Position numbers and translations under genes: made by a program
The notes under the pieces: generated by a model
Told to the model about the DNA's origin: nothing
What the model saw: the letters and a program-made list of their open reading frames with translations, nothing else
The model's database searches: none
Virus record (IMG/VR): IMGVR_UViG_3300049489_000400
Span: 34,718-98,717 of that record
DNA from: a virus
Length of the DNA stretch: 64,000 nucleotides
Strand: one strand, 5' to 3'
In this document: piece after piece, positions 40,700-50,734 of the stretch
Position numbering within the stretch: the stretch's first letter is position 1
How the letters are laid out: the number at the start of each line of letters is the position of its first letter

Positions 40700-41488
40700 T
40701 TACATATTTTTAAACATCAAACCTCTGTATTCAGCCTTCAACTCACCCCACTCTGTGTTGAATTCATCTATGTATTGTTTTATCCTACCAGCGAATGCAC
40801 CACCCTGTCCTTTTGTTGTAGAATAGGATTGGCTAATTCCATCTATTGAAATAGACTGATTACCCACGCCAGCGCCAAATATTAAATCTCCAGCAATCGC
40901 TAATAATGGTATAGCAGCTGCCTTACCCAGTGCTGATATTAATTCCATAGGAATGTTATCCCAACCTGTACAGTAATTTATTCTCCAATAATTAGGTATA
41001 AAATCAGTACCAAAGAACCCCATGTGAGGTGTTATTCCTGAAAACACAAACGCATTTTGAGTCATGACTGCACCACCTTCAGTATTTGGAATTAGATACA
41101 AATTTCTGAATTTTGTAGTATCAGTACCTCTCATACAACTTAACCACTGTTTAGGATAATGAACTTGTTGAACATTGTTTATATACCCGTCCAGAGAAAT
41201 TGGATTCATTATAGGGAATACAGTTTTTATATATCCCCATCTGAAGAACTCTTCTCTTATAAAATCGGCTGTTTCAAATATTCTTTGTTTAGCAAATTTT
41301 ATAGAAAGCACATTTTCAATCTGTTTTTGAGCAGAAAGAATCTTCTGTTTTATTGAATCAGGACTTATGCTGCCTCCGTCAGGATAGCACAAAGGAATCC
41401 CTGTTAAATACATGTCTATCAACTCCGAAGGACTGATTACCAGTCCTTCGTTTTTTGAGTATGATATGTCTAGCTTGAATTGAGGCAT
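40700..41488 (-). CDS. head-tail adaptor protein
   Basis: I.Y.TG, G.GVGNQSISIDGISQS..TT motif. Confidence 0.7.
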   Translation of the reverse strand: MPQFKLDISYSKNEGLVISPSELIDMYLTGIPLCYPDGGSISPDSIKQKILSAQKQIENVLSIKFAKQRIFETADFIREEFFRWGYIKTVFPIMNPISLDGYINNVQQVHYPKQWLSCMRGTDTTKFRNLYLIPNTEGGAVMTQNAFVFSGITPHMGFFGTDFIPNYWRINYCTGWDNIPMELISALGKAAAIPLLAIAGDLIFGAGVGNQSISIDGISQSYSTTKGQGGAFAGRIKQYIDEFNTEWGELKAEYRGLMFKNM

Positions 41489-41501
41489 GACAAATTATTT
41501 T

Positions 41502-41966
41502 TTATGAATTTTTTCTCAAGAATTGAATCATCATCTTTTCAGATTTCATGAACTTCTTGTATTTCTTTTCCTCGAAACTTTTAGAAGCAATTTCAATCAA
41601 TTCTTCAAGAGACAATTCATCAAGTCCGTCACCTTCCTCGTCTGAATCTTCGTCTGACTCTTCGTCTGACTCATTCCCTTCTGTATCTCCATCTGAATCG
41701 TCCTCATCAGAATCTTCGTTACCTTGGTCACCTTCGTCAGAATCCCCATCTGTATTACCAGAATCTGTTACCGTAGTTCCATTACCCTCAACTAGCTTGA
41801 ATCCGTTTCCAGAATTAAGTAATAGACTTGCTGTAACATCATCTATGGTGAATTTTCCTTCAGCATCGATTTCAACTGCTCCTGCGATAGGAACAATAAT
41901 AGTTTTACCATGTTGTTTAGCATCCTCTACTAATAGAACAACATCCTTGTTTTTTTGATTACTCAT
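41502..41966 (-). CDS. hypothetical acidic protein after MCP
   Basis: ATG at 41966; the track's TTG start lies inside the terminator. Confidence 0.6.
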   Translation of the reverse strand: MSNQKNKDVVLLVEDAKQHGKTIIVPIAGAVEIDAEGKFTIDDVTASLLLNSGNGFKLVEGNGTTVTDSGNTDGDSDEGDQGNEDSDEDDSDGDTEGNESDEESDEDSDEEGDGLDELSLEELIEIASKSFEEKKYKKFMKSEKMMIQFLRKNS

Positions 41967-41988
41967 TATTTCAAAAATTAAATTTAAC

Positions 41989-42022
41989 AAAAAAGGGCAG
42001 GCAGACTATTCCACCTACCCTT
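41989..42022 (-). terminator. rho-independent terminator after MCP
   Basis: Minus strand AAGGGTAGGTGGAATAGTCTGCCTGCCCTTTTTT. Confidence 0.8.
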
Positions 42023-42046
42023 CATAGTTTCACTTTACAATACTAA

Positions 42047-43534
42047 TTAAGCACGTCCGATGTTGATGAAACGAACCATTTTCTTAGGTGCGTACAAGAA
42101 CGGTGTTCCGTACAATAAGATCATGAATCGGTACGCTGGACTCAACAACGCTAAATCCATTTTCATAAGTGGAGCAAGTTGAGCGAATTCAATCACTTCA
42201 TTGTCCATTTGGAAAAGGATAGCTTGATCCATATCAGGCATCATTCGGTTACGGTCACGAACCGCTCCAGCAGCAGCACCATCATATCCAGCTGTAAACT
42301 CTTGTGCAGACACAGTGAATACAGGATAGAAAGTAGCAGCAGCGAAAGAAGCAGCACCTGGATTAGAACGGTAAACTACATAAGAAGTAGCTGGTGTAGA
42401 ACCACCACCGTCAGTAAATGCTAAGTCGATAGCACCTCCAGCAACTACAGCCGCAGCAGCAGCACCGATTTGAACCAAAGTAGATTCACCATATCGGTTT
42501 ACAGAAGCAACAGCGTAGTAGTAAGTACCAGCATCAGTAGCAGCCCACTTAGAAGATGCATCAACAGCAACAGGAGTCAATGAAACAGAAACAACTGGTG
42601 CAGGTGCATTCGGTGATGTAGCTGGTGATACACTAGTACGACTAGGTTTTTTGTTGAAGAAAATATCCCAGTTCAATCCGATACGTCCAAATTGAGAATC
42701 GAATGATTGAACTCGTTGACCCATAATACCGTCAGAAGTTTGAGCAGTATTAGGTTGGATAAATTTGTTTCCGTAGAAACCTTTAACGAAGTCACTCAAT
42801 ACACGTGGTGGAGCGTACAATTGAGTACCTACACCAAAGTTTTGAATAATTCCGTTTGCCCCATCTTCGATAGCTTCTTCAGTCAAAGCAGAACCTCTAA
42901 GGTCAACTACAACTTCTGAGTTAAAGTAAGCATCCAAGTTGATCCAAGCATCATTTCGTTGATGCTGAGCAAGGAATCCGTTAAACTCTTGTGAAACCAA
43001 AGCCTCATCACCGAAATACAAAGAACGGTTCAATTGACGTAGAATCCACATCGTACCATTCTTAATCTCTCGCTCCATGATACTTCCGATGTGAGTGTTA
43101 ACCAATGTCATCGGGTGAGACACAGATTTAACAACCCCCATGAATTTCACTAACTGAGCACGTCTTACGTAAGTACTGTCCTCTTCATTCGGCAACTCTC
43201 CTTCATTGTAGAAACCTCCACGAAGCGCACCATAAGATGTCAACTGGTTGTATTCTTCAACGGTGTTGAATGCAGATTTTTTAGGCAAGTTCTTCCATAG
43301 AACGATTTCTGTTTCTTTGAAAGTCAAGTGTTTCAAAGTCTTATCAAGACTCTCAACTTTCAATGGAGCACCTCCAGCAGTCGTCAAATTGGCTGTTTCT
43401 CTACCAGTAATTTGACCTGCCTCAAGTGCTTTTTGCAACTGGTTCAATTCTTCACTAGAACTGCTACCAATCAAATTCGGCTGGCCATTATTGGCAGCAG
43501 CATTTGCGTAATCAGCTAAATTTAGTCCTTCCAT
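42047..43534 (-). CDS. major capsid protein (Herelleviridae-like HK97 fold)
   Basis: GAPLKVESLD..LK.LTF, TVEEYN, LYFGD, EFNG, VVDLRG, LAPLMKMDLA, LYG.P.LYAPKK. Confidence 0.93.
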   Translation of the reverse strand: MEGLNLADYANAAANNGQPNLIGSSSSEELNQLQKALEAGQITGRETANLTTAGGAPLKVESLDKTLKHLTFKETEIVLWKNLPKKSAFNTVEEYNQLTSYGALRGGFYNEGELPNEEDSTYVRRAQLVKFMGVVKSVSHPMTLVNTHIGSIMEREIKNGTMWILRQLNRSLYFGDEALVSQEFNGFLAQHQRNDAWINLDAYFNSEVVVDLRGSALTEEAIEDGANGIIQNFGVGTQLYAPPRVLSDFVKGFYGNKFIQPNTAQTSDGIMGQRVQSFDSQFGRIGLNWDIFFNKKPSRTSVSPATSPNAPAPVVSVSLTPVAVDASSKWAATDAGTYYYAVASVNRYGESTLVQIGAAAAAVVAGGAIDLAFTDGGGSTPATSYVVYRSNPGAASFAAATFYPVFTVSAQEFTAGYDGAAAGAVRDRNRMMPDMDQAILFQMDNEVIEFAQLAPLMKMDLALLSPAYRFMILLYGTPFLYAPKKMVRFINIGRA

Positions 43535-43585
43535 TTTGTATTAGTTTTAAAATTTAAACTTCGTTTTCTTTGTAATACAACTAAC

Positions 43586-43595
43586 TAATATCTGT
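43586..43595 (-). promoter_or_regulatory. putative late promoter ACAGATATTA upstream of MCP
   Basis: The same CAGNTATTA motif recurs 19-52 nt upstream of eight other structural-region genes. Confidence 0.55.
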
Positions 43596-45091
43596 TAGTC
43601 GACAATACTGATTTGTTTTTCCAATTTTAATCTGTGGATAACATTAATCGGTAATTGTTTCGTTGCTTCGAATGATGTAACAGCATCCCCAAATTCTGCA
43701 TCATAACCCTTCTCAAATGAAGCATTATCGATGATATTCAAGATTTTTGCAGCATCTTTAGATTTGCTCAATACCATAGTTCCGTCATTTGACTTTCTCT
43801 GACCATCTTCACCGAAATTACGCTCAGTAAAGCCTTTAGTGATAGATTTGCGTCCTTGAGTGGAACCTGCCATCTGTTCGATAGTTTCTTGAGCCTTACT
43901 CAATAGTCCTTTAGTCTCAGCTAATTCCTCTTGAGTAGATTTCAATAATCCTCCTTGCTCTTCAATCTTGCCTTTTAGAATTTCTGTCTGTTCCATTTGA
44001 GCTTTAATCAAAGTAGCTAATGCTTTAGATTCTTTAGATTGTTTTTCTACTGAATCATTGATAGCCTTAACAAGTGAATTTTCCTTTTTACCCTTTTCGA
44101 TTTTTGAAGGTGTTGCACCAGTAGCTGGAGAAGCATTGTTTGTAGACAAATCTTTTTTCATTTCGTCCTCATCTTCCTCATCTTCATTTTCTTCGTCCTC
44201 ATCCTCTTCAGGGTCTTCATCTTTTGATCCGAATTGTTGCTTTGTGACATTCTCTGCGATTTCTTCTGCAGACATTTCAGAAACATCTTTGGATTTTTTA
44301 GCCTTTTCGATAAACGGATTATCTTTAAGGTCTAAACCAAGAACATCGATTGCCTTTTCAATATCGGCATCTGTAATCGTTTTACCTATCATTTTCTCTT
44401 GTATTTGAGTGAATAAATTATTTAACTTATCAGCCTTTTCAATACTAATACCTGGATAAGTGTCAAATATTTTGTCGTATCTCTCGTTAGAATCCATCTT
44501 TTTGATTTTGTAACCACCTCTATCAACAGATTCTTTCTTCAAGGCTGAACCGCTTTCTGTAGTCAAAGATTTCTCTTCTTCATCATCTACTAGAACACGT
44601 CCTTTAATAATATCGGCAAATGTTTGAGCATTTTTAGGCATATGAGTTATAGCTAACCCAGTGATGATAGCTTTCTTAACTATCTTAGGATTTTCTTCAT
44701 CTCTTTCAACTACTGTTCCTTCAATTGAATATCCTAAACGTCTTGTTTTAGAATCCAAAGCCATAACTTGAGCAACCTCATATACTTCCTGAGCTAACTT
44801 GGAATTAGGATAAAGATCAGTTTCAACATAAAATCCGTCTTTTCTTATCTCAGCTTTATGAGGCTCACCTATAATAGCAGCAGGACTGTTTTTAGATTGA
44901 TGATGCCAATTAACAACTCCAGATTTTTTAAATTCTGTAATATCAAATCCAGTTGGGTCTAAGAACTCACCGTCAGAATCTTTATCCATTGTAGATGCGA
45001 TTCCTCCTAATCTCATGATCTCATTACCCTCTTTGTCTTTCGCTTTTTGAATGACACCTACAGGACAGAAAAATTTAAAATTGTTGTTCAT
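43595..45091 (-). CDS. prohead protease with fused scaffold domain
   Basis: GIAST...DSDGE, NWHH, LGYSIEG, AIT..PKN; acidic/coiled-coil C-terminal half. Confidence 0.9.
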   Translation of the reverse strand: MNNNFKFFCPVGVIQKAKDKEGNEIMRLGGIASTMDKDSDGEFLDPTGFDITEFKKSGVVNWHHQSKNSPAAIIGEPHKAEIRKDGFYVETDLYPNSKLAQEVYEVAQVMALDSKTRRLGYSIEGTVVERDEENPKIVKKAIITGLAITHMPKNAQTFADIIKGRVLVDDEEEKSLTTESGSALKKESVDRGGYKIKKMDSNERYDKIFDTYPGISIEKADKLNNLFTQIQEKMIGKTITDADIEKAIDVLGLDLKDNPFIEKAKKSKDVSEMSAEEIAENVTKQQFGSKDEDPEEDEDEENEDEEDEDEMKKDLSTNNASPATGATPSKIEKGKKENSLVKAINDSVEKQSKESKALATLIKAQMEQTEILKGKIEEQGGLLKSTQEELAETKGLLSKAQETIEQMAGSTQGRKSITKGFTERNFGEDGQRKSNDGTMVLSKSKDAAKILNIIDNASFEKGYDAEFGDAVTSFEATKQLPINVIHRLKLEKQISIVD

Positions 45092-45109
45092 GTAAGATAT
45101 TTAGCTTGA

Positions 45110-45119
45110 TAATATCTGT
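45110..45119 (-). promoter_or_regulatory. putative late promoter ACAGATATTA upstream of the protease
   Basis: Recurrent motif in a short intergenic gap. Confidence 0.5.
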
Positions 45120-45123
45120 AAGA

Positions 45124-45534
45124 TTACAATTCTAATACTCCAATATCCATTTTGTTTAAGAATAGCCAATCGTATACAATATCAAGTTTATCTTTTTTAT
45201 CCTTTTCGATAAAATCTTTTTGAGATATACTTTTAGACATCAAATACTTTCTGAAGGATTCATTTAAGACATGAATCTGCTCAGCCTTCATAACTACAGA
45301 TTTAATTGACTTAGGTAAATCGTCAAAATAAAGTTCTTTGGAAATTTGCTTAGAGAATGAAGAATAGTCTAAGTCGCTAACCAGTGGAAATTCACCATTT
45401 TTAAATGGCAACAATCTATCTGCTTCTTTATCTGCTAAAGTCCTAGATATTTTACCTACTCTGACGTCTGCCAGCTTGTTTCGTTGTCTTTGAGATTCAA
45501 TACTCAAACCTTCTTCATTAACAAAATATTCCAT
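45124..45534 (-). CDS. hypothetical head-module protein
   Basis: 136 aa directly before the protease. Confidence 0.6.
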   Translation of the reverse strand: MEYFVNEEGLSIESQRQRNKLADVRVGKISRTLADKEADRLLPFKNGEFPLVSDLDYSSFSKQISKELYFDDLPKSIKSVVMKAEQIHVLNESFRKYLMSKSISQKDFIEKDKKDKLDIVYDWLFLNKMDIGVLEL

Positions 45535-45537
45535 AAT

Positions 45538-47814
45538 TTATTTTTTACGAACAAGACACTTACTTCTATTTATAATTACGGCAAAATCTGTATTCCCACC
45601 CCAACCATTCTTTTGAATAATAGCATCATAACCCTTTATTGCAGCATAGAATCCTCTTGCTTCACCACCTGTCCTACTAGCTATATCAGCCATTATCTTA
45701 CTAACACTAGAACTTCCATTTGTTTTAACCTTATTGAGCTCATGTGTTATTTTGTCTAATATGTCTTTGTTTTCTTTGATTTCATTTTTGATATCAATCA
45801 TTTCTTTGCTAGACTTCTTATCAGATGTTATTCTCTCTTTAATTGTGTCGTTTATTTTAGCGAAATGATTTTGAACAAGATGTTCATTCAAATACTTATA
45901 GTGAAGATTGTAAGCTATGTGTTGAGAATTTTTCAATTTCATATCACTTCTTTGCGCTATACCTTCATTCAATATAAATTTCTCAGTAGTATGAGGCAAT
46001 GTTATTTCATAAGTTTGATTGTTTATTTTTTTAACATCTCCTGCTAATTTTTTAACTATTCCTGTGTAATATTCTACAGCTTTGCTAAATTTGTTCTTTT
46101 TCAAGTCAGCTAACTTTTCATAAGAATAATTCCCTGGTAAGCCTTGAACATTATTCAATTCATCGAAAGTGTCTTCATCCCATCCCATTTTCTCTTTAGT
46201 GGTTTGTTCGATTTTCTTTTCGATTTCATCTTGTTTCTTTTCTAAATCGTAAACTGTTTGTTTTGCGTCATCATATTTATTTTTGAGTTCCTTGAATTCA
46301 GAACCAAAAAATTCTTCAGACATCATAGAATCTAATTCGTCTGTATAGATAACCTTTGCATCTGAAGGTATGCATATATCCATAACGCCAGTATCTTTAT
46401 AACCAGCGTATTCGTATGCTATTTGGTAATCGTGATTTGGTGGTGGAGGATTTTTCTTAGGCTTGTTTACAGCGCCATAAATACCTGCACCATACATACC
46501 TACTCTACCATAAAAGCAGTCTTCATTTTCAGTAAAGTCCTTTAGAAGTTCTTGAGCTGTTCTTCCATTGAATCCTTGAACACCTCTATTAACCATAAAT
46601 GCCCCATCTTCAGAAATAGCCTTTTCAAAAGTCTGATCATCTACTTCAGTAGCAACTTTGTCAAAACCTCTTAATTTACAAATATTTGATAAGAAGTTCC
46701 AACCGTGAGTATTATCACTGTTCCACATACCTCCAGCGTCAGACAATGCCTTTTCCATCTCTTTTTCGCTTAATTCTCGGTATGGGTCTTTAGATTCGTC
46801 TAAATCCTCCAATCTGAGTTCTAAACTAGCGAATCTATTATGCATTTTCAAATTCAAATCATCATCCTCAATCATAGACAAAATAATGTCTTTCTTTTTA
46901 AGGATTTTTTTGATTTGTTTATTTATGTCTTTCTGAGTCAGTCCAGAAGTCATTTGTATGTTATTGGAAACCATAGATTCCAATTCATTAACCTCATCTT
47001 CAAAATGATTACCCTTATCTCTACCTTGAGCAGAAAACCTTAAAGAACCGCCATTATCTACACGATAAATTTTACCATCGTCCTTATTGATAAGTATATT
47101 GTCATTCTTGTATGCATCCCAATTAGCCAAAAGACAATCAGCTACGAAATTATTCAATATATCCTTACGAATATCATCTGTAAGATTTGAATTAGCAACC
47201 TCCGTATTAGGCATATACTCAGATAAGATGAGTGATCCAGATTTTGACTTGTAAAGTTTCATATTTGGAACACTTATTCCTAAGCAGGAATATATGGAAT
47301 TAGCAAGATATTCTTCTTCAACATGAGCTGCTGAAGCACCTTTTTTCATTACGTACTCCTTACCAGTATTCTTGTCTTTAACAAGTTGAGCACCAGTAGA
47401 ACCTCCTAAAGATTTAACTATCTCAATATCTGATAGACTCGGAAAATTTTCTGTATCAAAGAAGTCTTCTGGGCTTGCTGATTTACTGGATGAATCTTTC
47501 TTGTCCTTGTTTACAACTTTTCTCCAATCTAGTTTTCCAGAAGGGGTCATCTTAACAACATAAGTTATTCCGTTCTTAACTTTCGTTTGACCTAGTTGTA
47601 ATGCTTTCATTAATTCTTGATCAGGAATTAAACCGTTCAAGGAATCGTGAAAAGTTTTTGATTTGATAATTTCATAATTATCATCTGGAGAAAAGTTGAT
47701 TGCTTTCGAGAAATTATCAAAAGCATTAATCAACGTTTCGTCATCTACCTCTCCTTTGAAATTAGCTACCGCTACAACATTGAGAGACTTTTTCAATCTT
47801 TCAAAATTGTCCAT
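45538..47814 (-). CDS. HipA/PI3K-like protein kinase fused to an ADP-ribosyltransferase-like domain
   Basis: Kinase: LGGSTGA, YVMKK, EYLAN.IY, LLANWD..NDNIL, RVDNGGSL. ART: VNRGV, GMYGAGIY, AYEYA, GYDAI. Confidence 0.7.
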   Translation of the reverse strand: MDNFERLKKSLNVVAVANFKGEVDDETLINAFDNFSKAINFSPDDNYEIIKSKTFHDSLNGLIPDQELMKALQLGQTKVKNGITYVVKMTPSGKLDWRKVVNKDKKDSSSKSASPEDFFDTENFPSLSDIEIVKSLGGSTGAQLVKDKNTGKEYVMKKGASAAHVEEEYLANSIYSCLGISVPNMKLYKSKSGSLILSEYMPNTEVANSNLTDDIRKDILNNFVADCLLANWDAYKNDNILINKDDGKIYRVDNGGSLRFSAQGRDKGNHFEDEVNELESMVSNNIQMTSGLTQKDINKQIKKILKKKDIILSMIEDDDLNLKMHNRFASLELRLEDLDESKDPYRELSEKEMEKALSDAGGMWNSDNTHGWNFLSNICKLRGFDKVATEVDDQTFEKAISEDGAFMVNRGVQGFNGRTAQELLKDFTENEDCFYGRVGMYGAGIYGAVNKPKKNPPPPNHDYQIAYEYAGYKDTGVMDICIPSDAKVIYTDELDSMMSEEFFGSEFKELKNKYDDAKQTVYDLEKKQDEIEKKIEQTTKEKMGWDEDTFDELNNVQGLPGNYSYEKLADLKKNKFSKAVEYYTGIVKKLAGDVKKINNQTYEITLPHTTEKFILNEGIAQRSDMKLKNSQHIAYNLHYKYLNEHLVQNHFAKINDTIKERITSDKKSSKEMIDIKNEIKENKDILDKITHELNKVKTNGSSSVSKIMADIASRTGGEARGFYAAIKGYDAIIQKNGWGGNTDFAVIINRSKCLVRKK

Positions 47815-49259
47815 TATTTAAGCAAATCAAGTGTCTCTAAAGCCTTTTCTAAACTCATTCCAATCTCTGGTTTGATACCTTTCACTATGAATTTTTCAAC
47901 TTCTTTTTCCCAATCTTCTTCGTCACCGAAAAGCATTTTACCCATAACAGGGTCATCTTGAATCATCTTGTTAGCATTATCAATACTTCTCTTAGTTTCG
48001 ATAGCTTCTTTGAATGTTCTAGTGTTGAATTTTTGAGGGTCTATACTGTCAATATTATCGGCAAGTATCTTGAATACAGCATCTCTCTCTTTTATATCCT
48101 CCTGTTTGTCATCCAATCTAGGAACTCCAGTAAAGTTCATTTGATGCTTCAACTTGTCTACAAAATGAAGTTTTTCTCTTTTTGTAAATTGTATATCTTT
48201 TTTGATGGCTCTCGAATAGATTGCATTCATATGTTCATCTTTCGTAAAGTCGTCTTGATTCATGTTTGTAATCAAAAGAATCTGGCCAGTAAACTCAAAA
48301 GGATCAACATTTGAAGCTTTGTTTGTACTTTTCTTACCAACTATCCTTTTACCAGAAGACGCAGTTGCCTTCTTGAACAAACCTCTAATTTCAGGATTCT
48401 TTATAACCATATCCGAATCATCGAATACGATAGTTTTACCATTATGTTCTTGAAGTAATTTTGCAAACTGAGGAACTGAGTCAACTTCTGGAGCCTCAAA
48501 ATAGTCGTAATCGCCATCACCTGGTTGGTCTGTCTCTGGATCAAAAGGTTTTTTACCCATATACTTAGCCACAGCGTGGAAGTTATAAGACTTACCTACC
48601 CCAGCACCTCCAGAAGCAATCATCAATGGAGAACCTCCCTTTAAAAACTGCGCATACGTCTTATTCAAGACAGTAACCTCTTTTTCAGGTGGCTGGTAAT
48701 CAGGGTCATTTATTTTAAGATTATGTATATAATCATCCATTTCAATACGGTCTTTCTTAGTCTTTCCGTTATTGAATTTCTTTTTGATGTTATCTACATC
48801 TTGCCAGTTTTTAGCTTCATCCTCGTCAGAATCTGTATTCTTAGAAGTTGGTGCTGCAGGTGGTTTTTTACCATCTCCATCTCCAAACATTTCTTTTGCT
48901 TGTTTCATTTTTCCTGTATTCAGGTCAATGTCTGAAACATCTTCTCCACGCTCTTTCAACTCGTCATAAGCCATCTGTCTAAGACTTGGATCATTGTTTG
49001 GATTAGTTGCAAATGAAACTAATTTATCATTAGTTGTTTTCTTCAAATGTGCTTGAAGCTTCCCAGCTTTAGTAGTTGGAGTCTGTTCTTCATCGTCACC
49101 TCCTGAATCAGGCTTAGAATCTTTATTTGAAGAACCGGTTGATTTAACCTTTCGCCAGTCAAATTTACCACTAGAAAGTTGAGTCCACACTCTAGTTATA
49201 CCATCTTTACCGACTTTGGTTTCTCCAACCTGTCTAGCCTTCTCAATATTTTTGTTCAT
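47814..49259 (-). CDS. AAA-type ATPase with shared N-terminal module
   Basis: Walker A SGGAGVGKS, Walker B IVFDDSD, ITN sensor, AIYSR arginine finger. Confidence 0.8.
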   Translation of the reverse strand: MNKNIEKARQVGETKVGKDGITRVWTQLSSGKFDWRKVKSTGSSNKDSKPDSGGDDEEQTPTTKAGKLQAHLKKTTNDKLVSFATNPNNDPSLRQMAYDELKERGEDVSDIDLNTGKMKQAKEMFGDGDGKKPPAAPTSKNTDSDEDEAKNWQDVDNIKKKFNNGKTKKDRIEMDDYIHNLKINDPDYQPPEKEVTVLNKTYAQFLKGGSPLMIASGGAGVGKSYNFHAVAKYMGKKPFDPETDQPGDGDYDYFEAPEVDSVPQFAKLLQEHNGKTIVFDDSDMVIKNPEIRGLFKKATASSGKRIVGKKSTNKASNVDPFEFTGQILLITNMNQDDFTKDEHMNAIYSRAIKKDIQFTKREKLHFVDKLKHQMNFTGVPRLDDKQEDIKERDAVFKILADNIDSIDPQKFNTRTFKEAIETKRSIDNANKMIQDDPVMGKMLFGDEEDWEKEVEKFIVKGIKPEIGMSLEKALETLDLLK

Positions 49260-49294
49260 ACTAATATGTTTAATTACTATATCGATGAATATTT

Positions 49295-49304
49295 TAATAT
49301 CTGT
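49295..49304 (-). promoter_or_regulatory. putative late promoter ACAGATATTA
   Basis: Recurrent motif 36 nt upstream of the ATPase ATG. Confidence 0.5.
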
Positions 49305-50734
49305 TATTCAGTCCAATCTATTGGAAGTTCTACGTTGAAAAATTTAGTCATTACTTCTTCTGAATCTTTCAAAACCTTAGCTGAATTTTTACCCACTTCT
49401 AATTCTTTCAATCTGTTTTTATAGAATGCGATATCAATTACATCTTGCATATTATTTATTGGATCAAATAACATTTTAGCTAATCTGAAATTATGCTTAA
49501 CATCTTTTCTATATTGCTCATCTGACATTTTTTTAGCCTTATTCAAAGCCTCAGCGAATTGTTTAGGTGTTGCATCCCAAGGTATGAATATAGCTTTCAA
49601 TTCATCGTAAATTATGTCATCTATTTTACCCTTTTGTTTAACAAGACCTTTTGTGTCTCTCAAAACTGGATATGAACCGTTTATTATGGCTTCTATGGTG
49701 AAACCATTAAGGTGAGTATTTGAATATTGCGCATAATGTTTACTGAATGATGGGTCAATACAAAATTTAGAATTTTGCTGCATAAAATAAACATCGGAAC
49801 TTGACATGAATCCTTGATGCTCTAATCCGTACATTTCGGCTCTCTCCCAAAGACTCATACCTATATGCTCATCTAAACAATCAGGGTCAGTCTTTTTACT
49901 AACCATATATCTAGGTTTTTGTTTACCTCCTTCAGCGTCAGCCATCATATAATAAAGTTCTATCCCAGAACCAGCTGTAAATACAGTACTGCCCTTTTTC
50001 AAATGAGGAGTCATGGCTAATATGTCTTCCATCTTTTTCATAGATTTGAAAACATGAGCAGCGAAAAAATCAACTGGTCTTTCAGACATAGCCTTATAAG
50101 GTAATTTATCAGGCATATATCTTGAAGCGAAATTCAAGTATCTAGGAATAGCAATATTTTCACAACAATTATAGGCTGATGTATGTACACAGTCTAGGTA
50201 AGTTATTTTAGGTGCTAAATATCTAACCCAGCTTGTTCTAATGTCGTAATATCCGTCATGAACAGCAAAAACTTGTTTTATCCTTTTAGGTAAATCGAAA
50301 AATTTTGGCCAATCATGAAATCCTTTAGCTTCTTTAGTTTTAGTAGGCATAAAACTCCAAAACAATAAATCCGCATCCATTACAGCTTCATGCCATAATT
50401 CTAAAGCATTTTCTGCAAAAACAGGAATACGATTTGTATATGGAGGAAGAAACCAACCATAATAGGAATTTTTCCAGTAACCAGTAACTTCTGATTTCTC
50501 AAAACCTCCGTGTTGACTCTTATTGCTTTGTTTCGCTTGGAATACACCATCTTCAAATTCTTTTATTCTACGATGATATAAATCGACTGATATAGTCTTA
50601 TTATAAGTCAAAAATATAATGTCGACATCATGTCCCATTTCTTTAAAAGCCTTGACACGACCTTCAACATTTTGAACTATACCGCCATACTTTGCGACAT
50701 CAAAAGTACAAATTCTAATCTTTAACTTTTTCAT
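49304..50734 (-). CDS. GT-B fold glycosyltransferase
   Basis: YGGI...GHDVDII N-terminus, K.ME, G.G.E, FTIEAI..G..PV; ATG start at 50734. Confidence 0.8.
   Translation of the reverse strand: MKKLKIRICTFDVAKYGGIVQNVEGRVKAFKEMGHDVDIIFLTYNKTISVDLYHRRIKEFEDGVFQAKQSNKSQHGGFEKSEVTGYWKNSYYGWFLPPYTNRIPVFAENALELWHEAVMDADLLFWSFMPTKTKEAKGFHDWPKFFDLPKRIKQVFAVHDGYYDIRTSWVRYLAPKITYLDCVHTSAYNCCENIAIPRYLNFASRYMPDKLPYKAMSERPVDFFAAHVFKSMKKMEDILAMTPHLKKGSTVFTAGSGIELYYMMADAEGGKQKPRYMVSKKTDPDCLDEHIGMSLWERAEMYGLEHQGFMSSSDVYFMQQNSKFCIDPSFSKHYAQYSNTHLNGFTIEAIINGSYPVLRDTKGLVKQKGKIDDIIYDELKAIFIPWDATPKQFAEALNKAKKMSDEQYRKDVKHNFRLAKMLFDPINNMQDVIDIAFYKNRLKELEVGKNSAKVLKDSEEVMTKFFNVELPIDWTE

Noticed and set aside
47814-49259. 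The ATPase as the missing 5-hmdU DNA kinase or as a terminase
   Set aside because: It has AAA-type Walker B, sensor and arginine-finger motifs, no NMP-kinase pattern and no nuclease domain.
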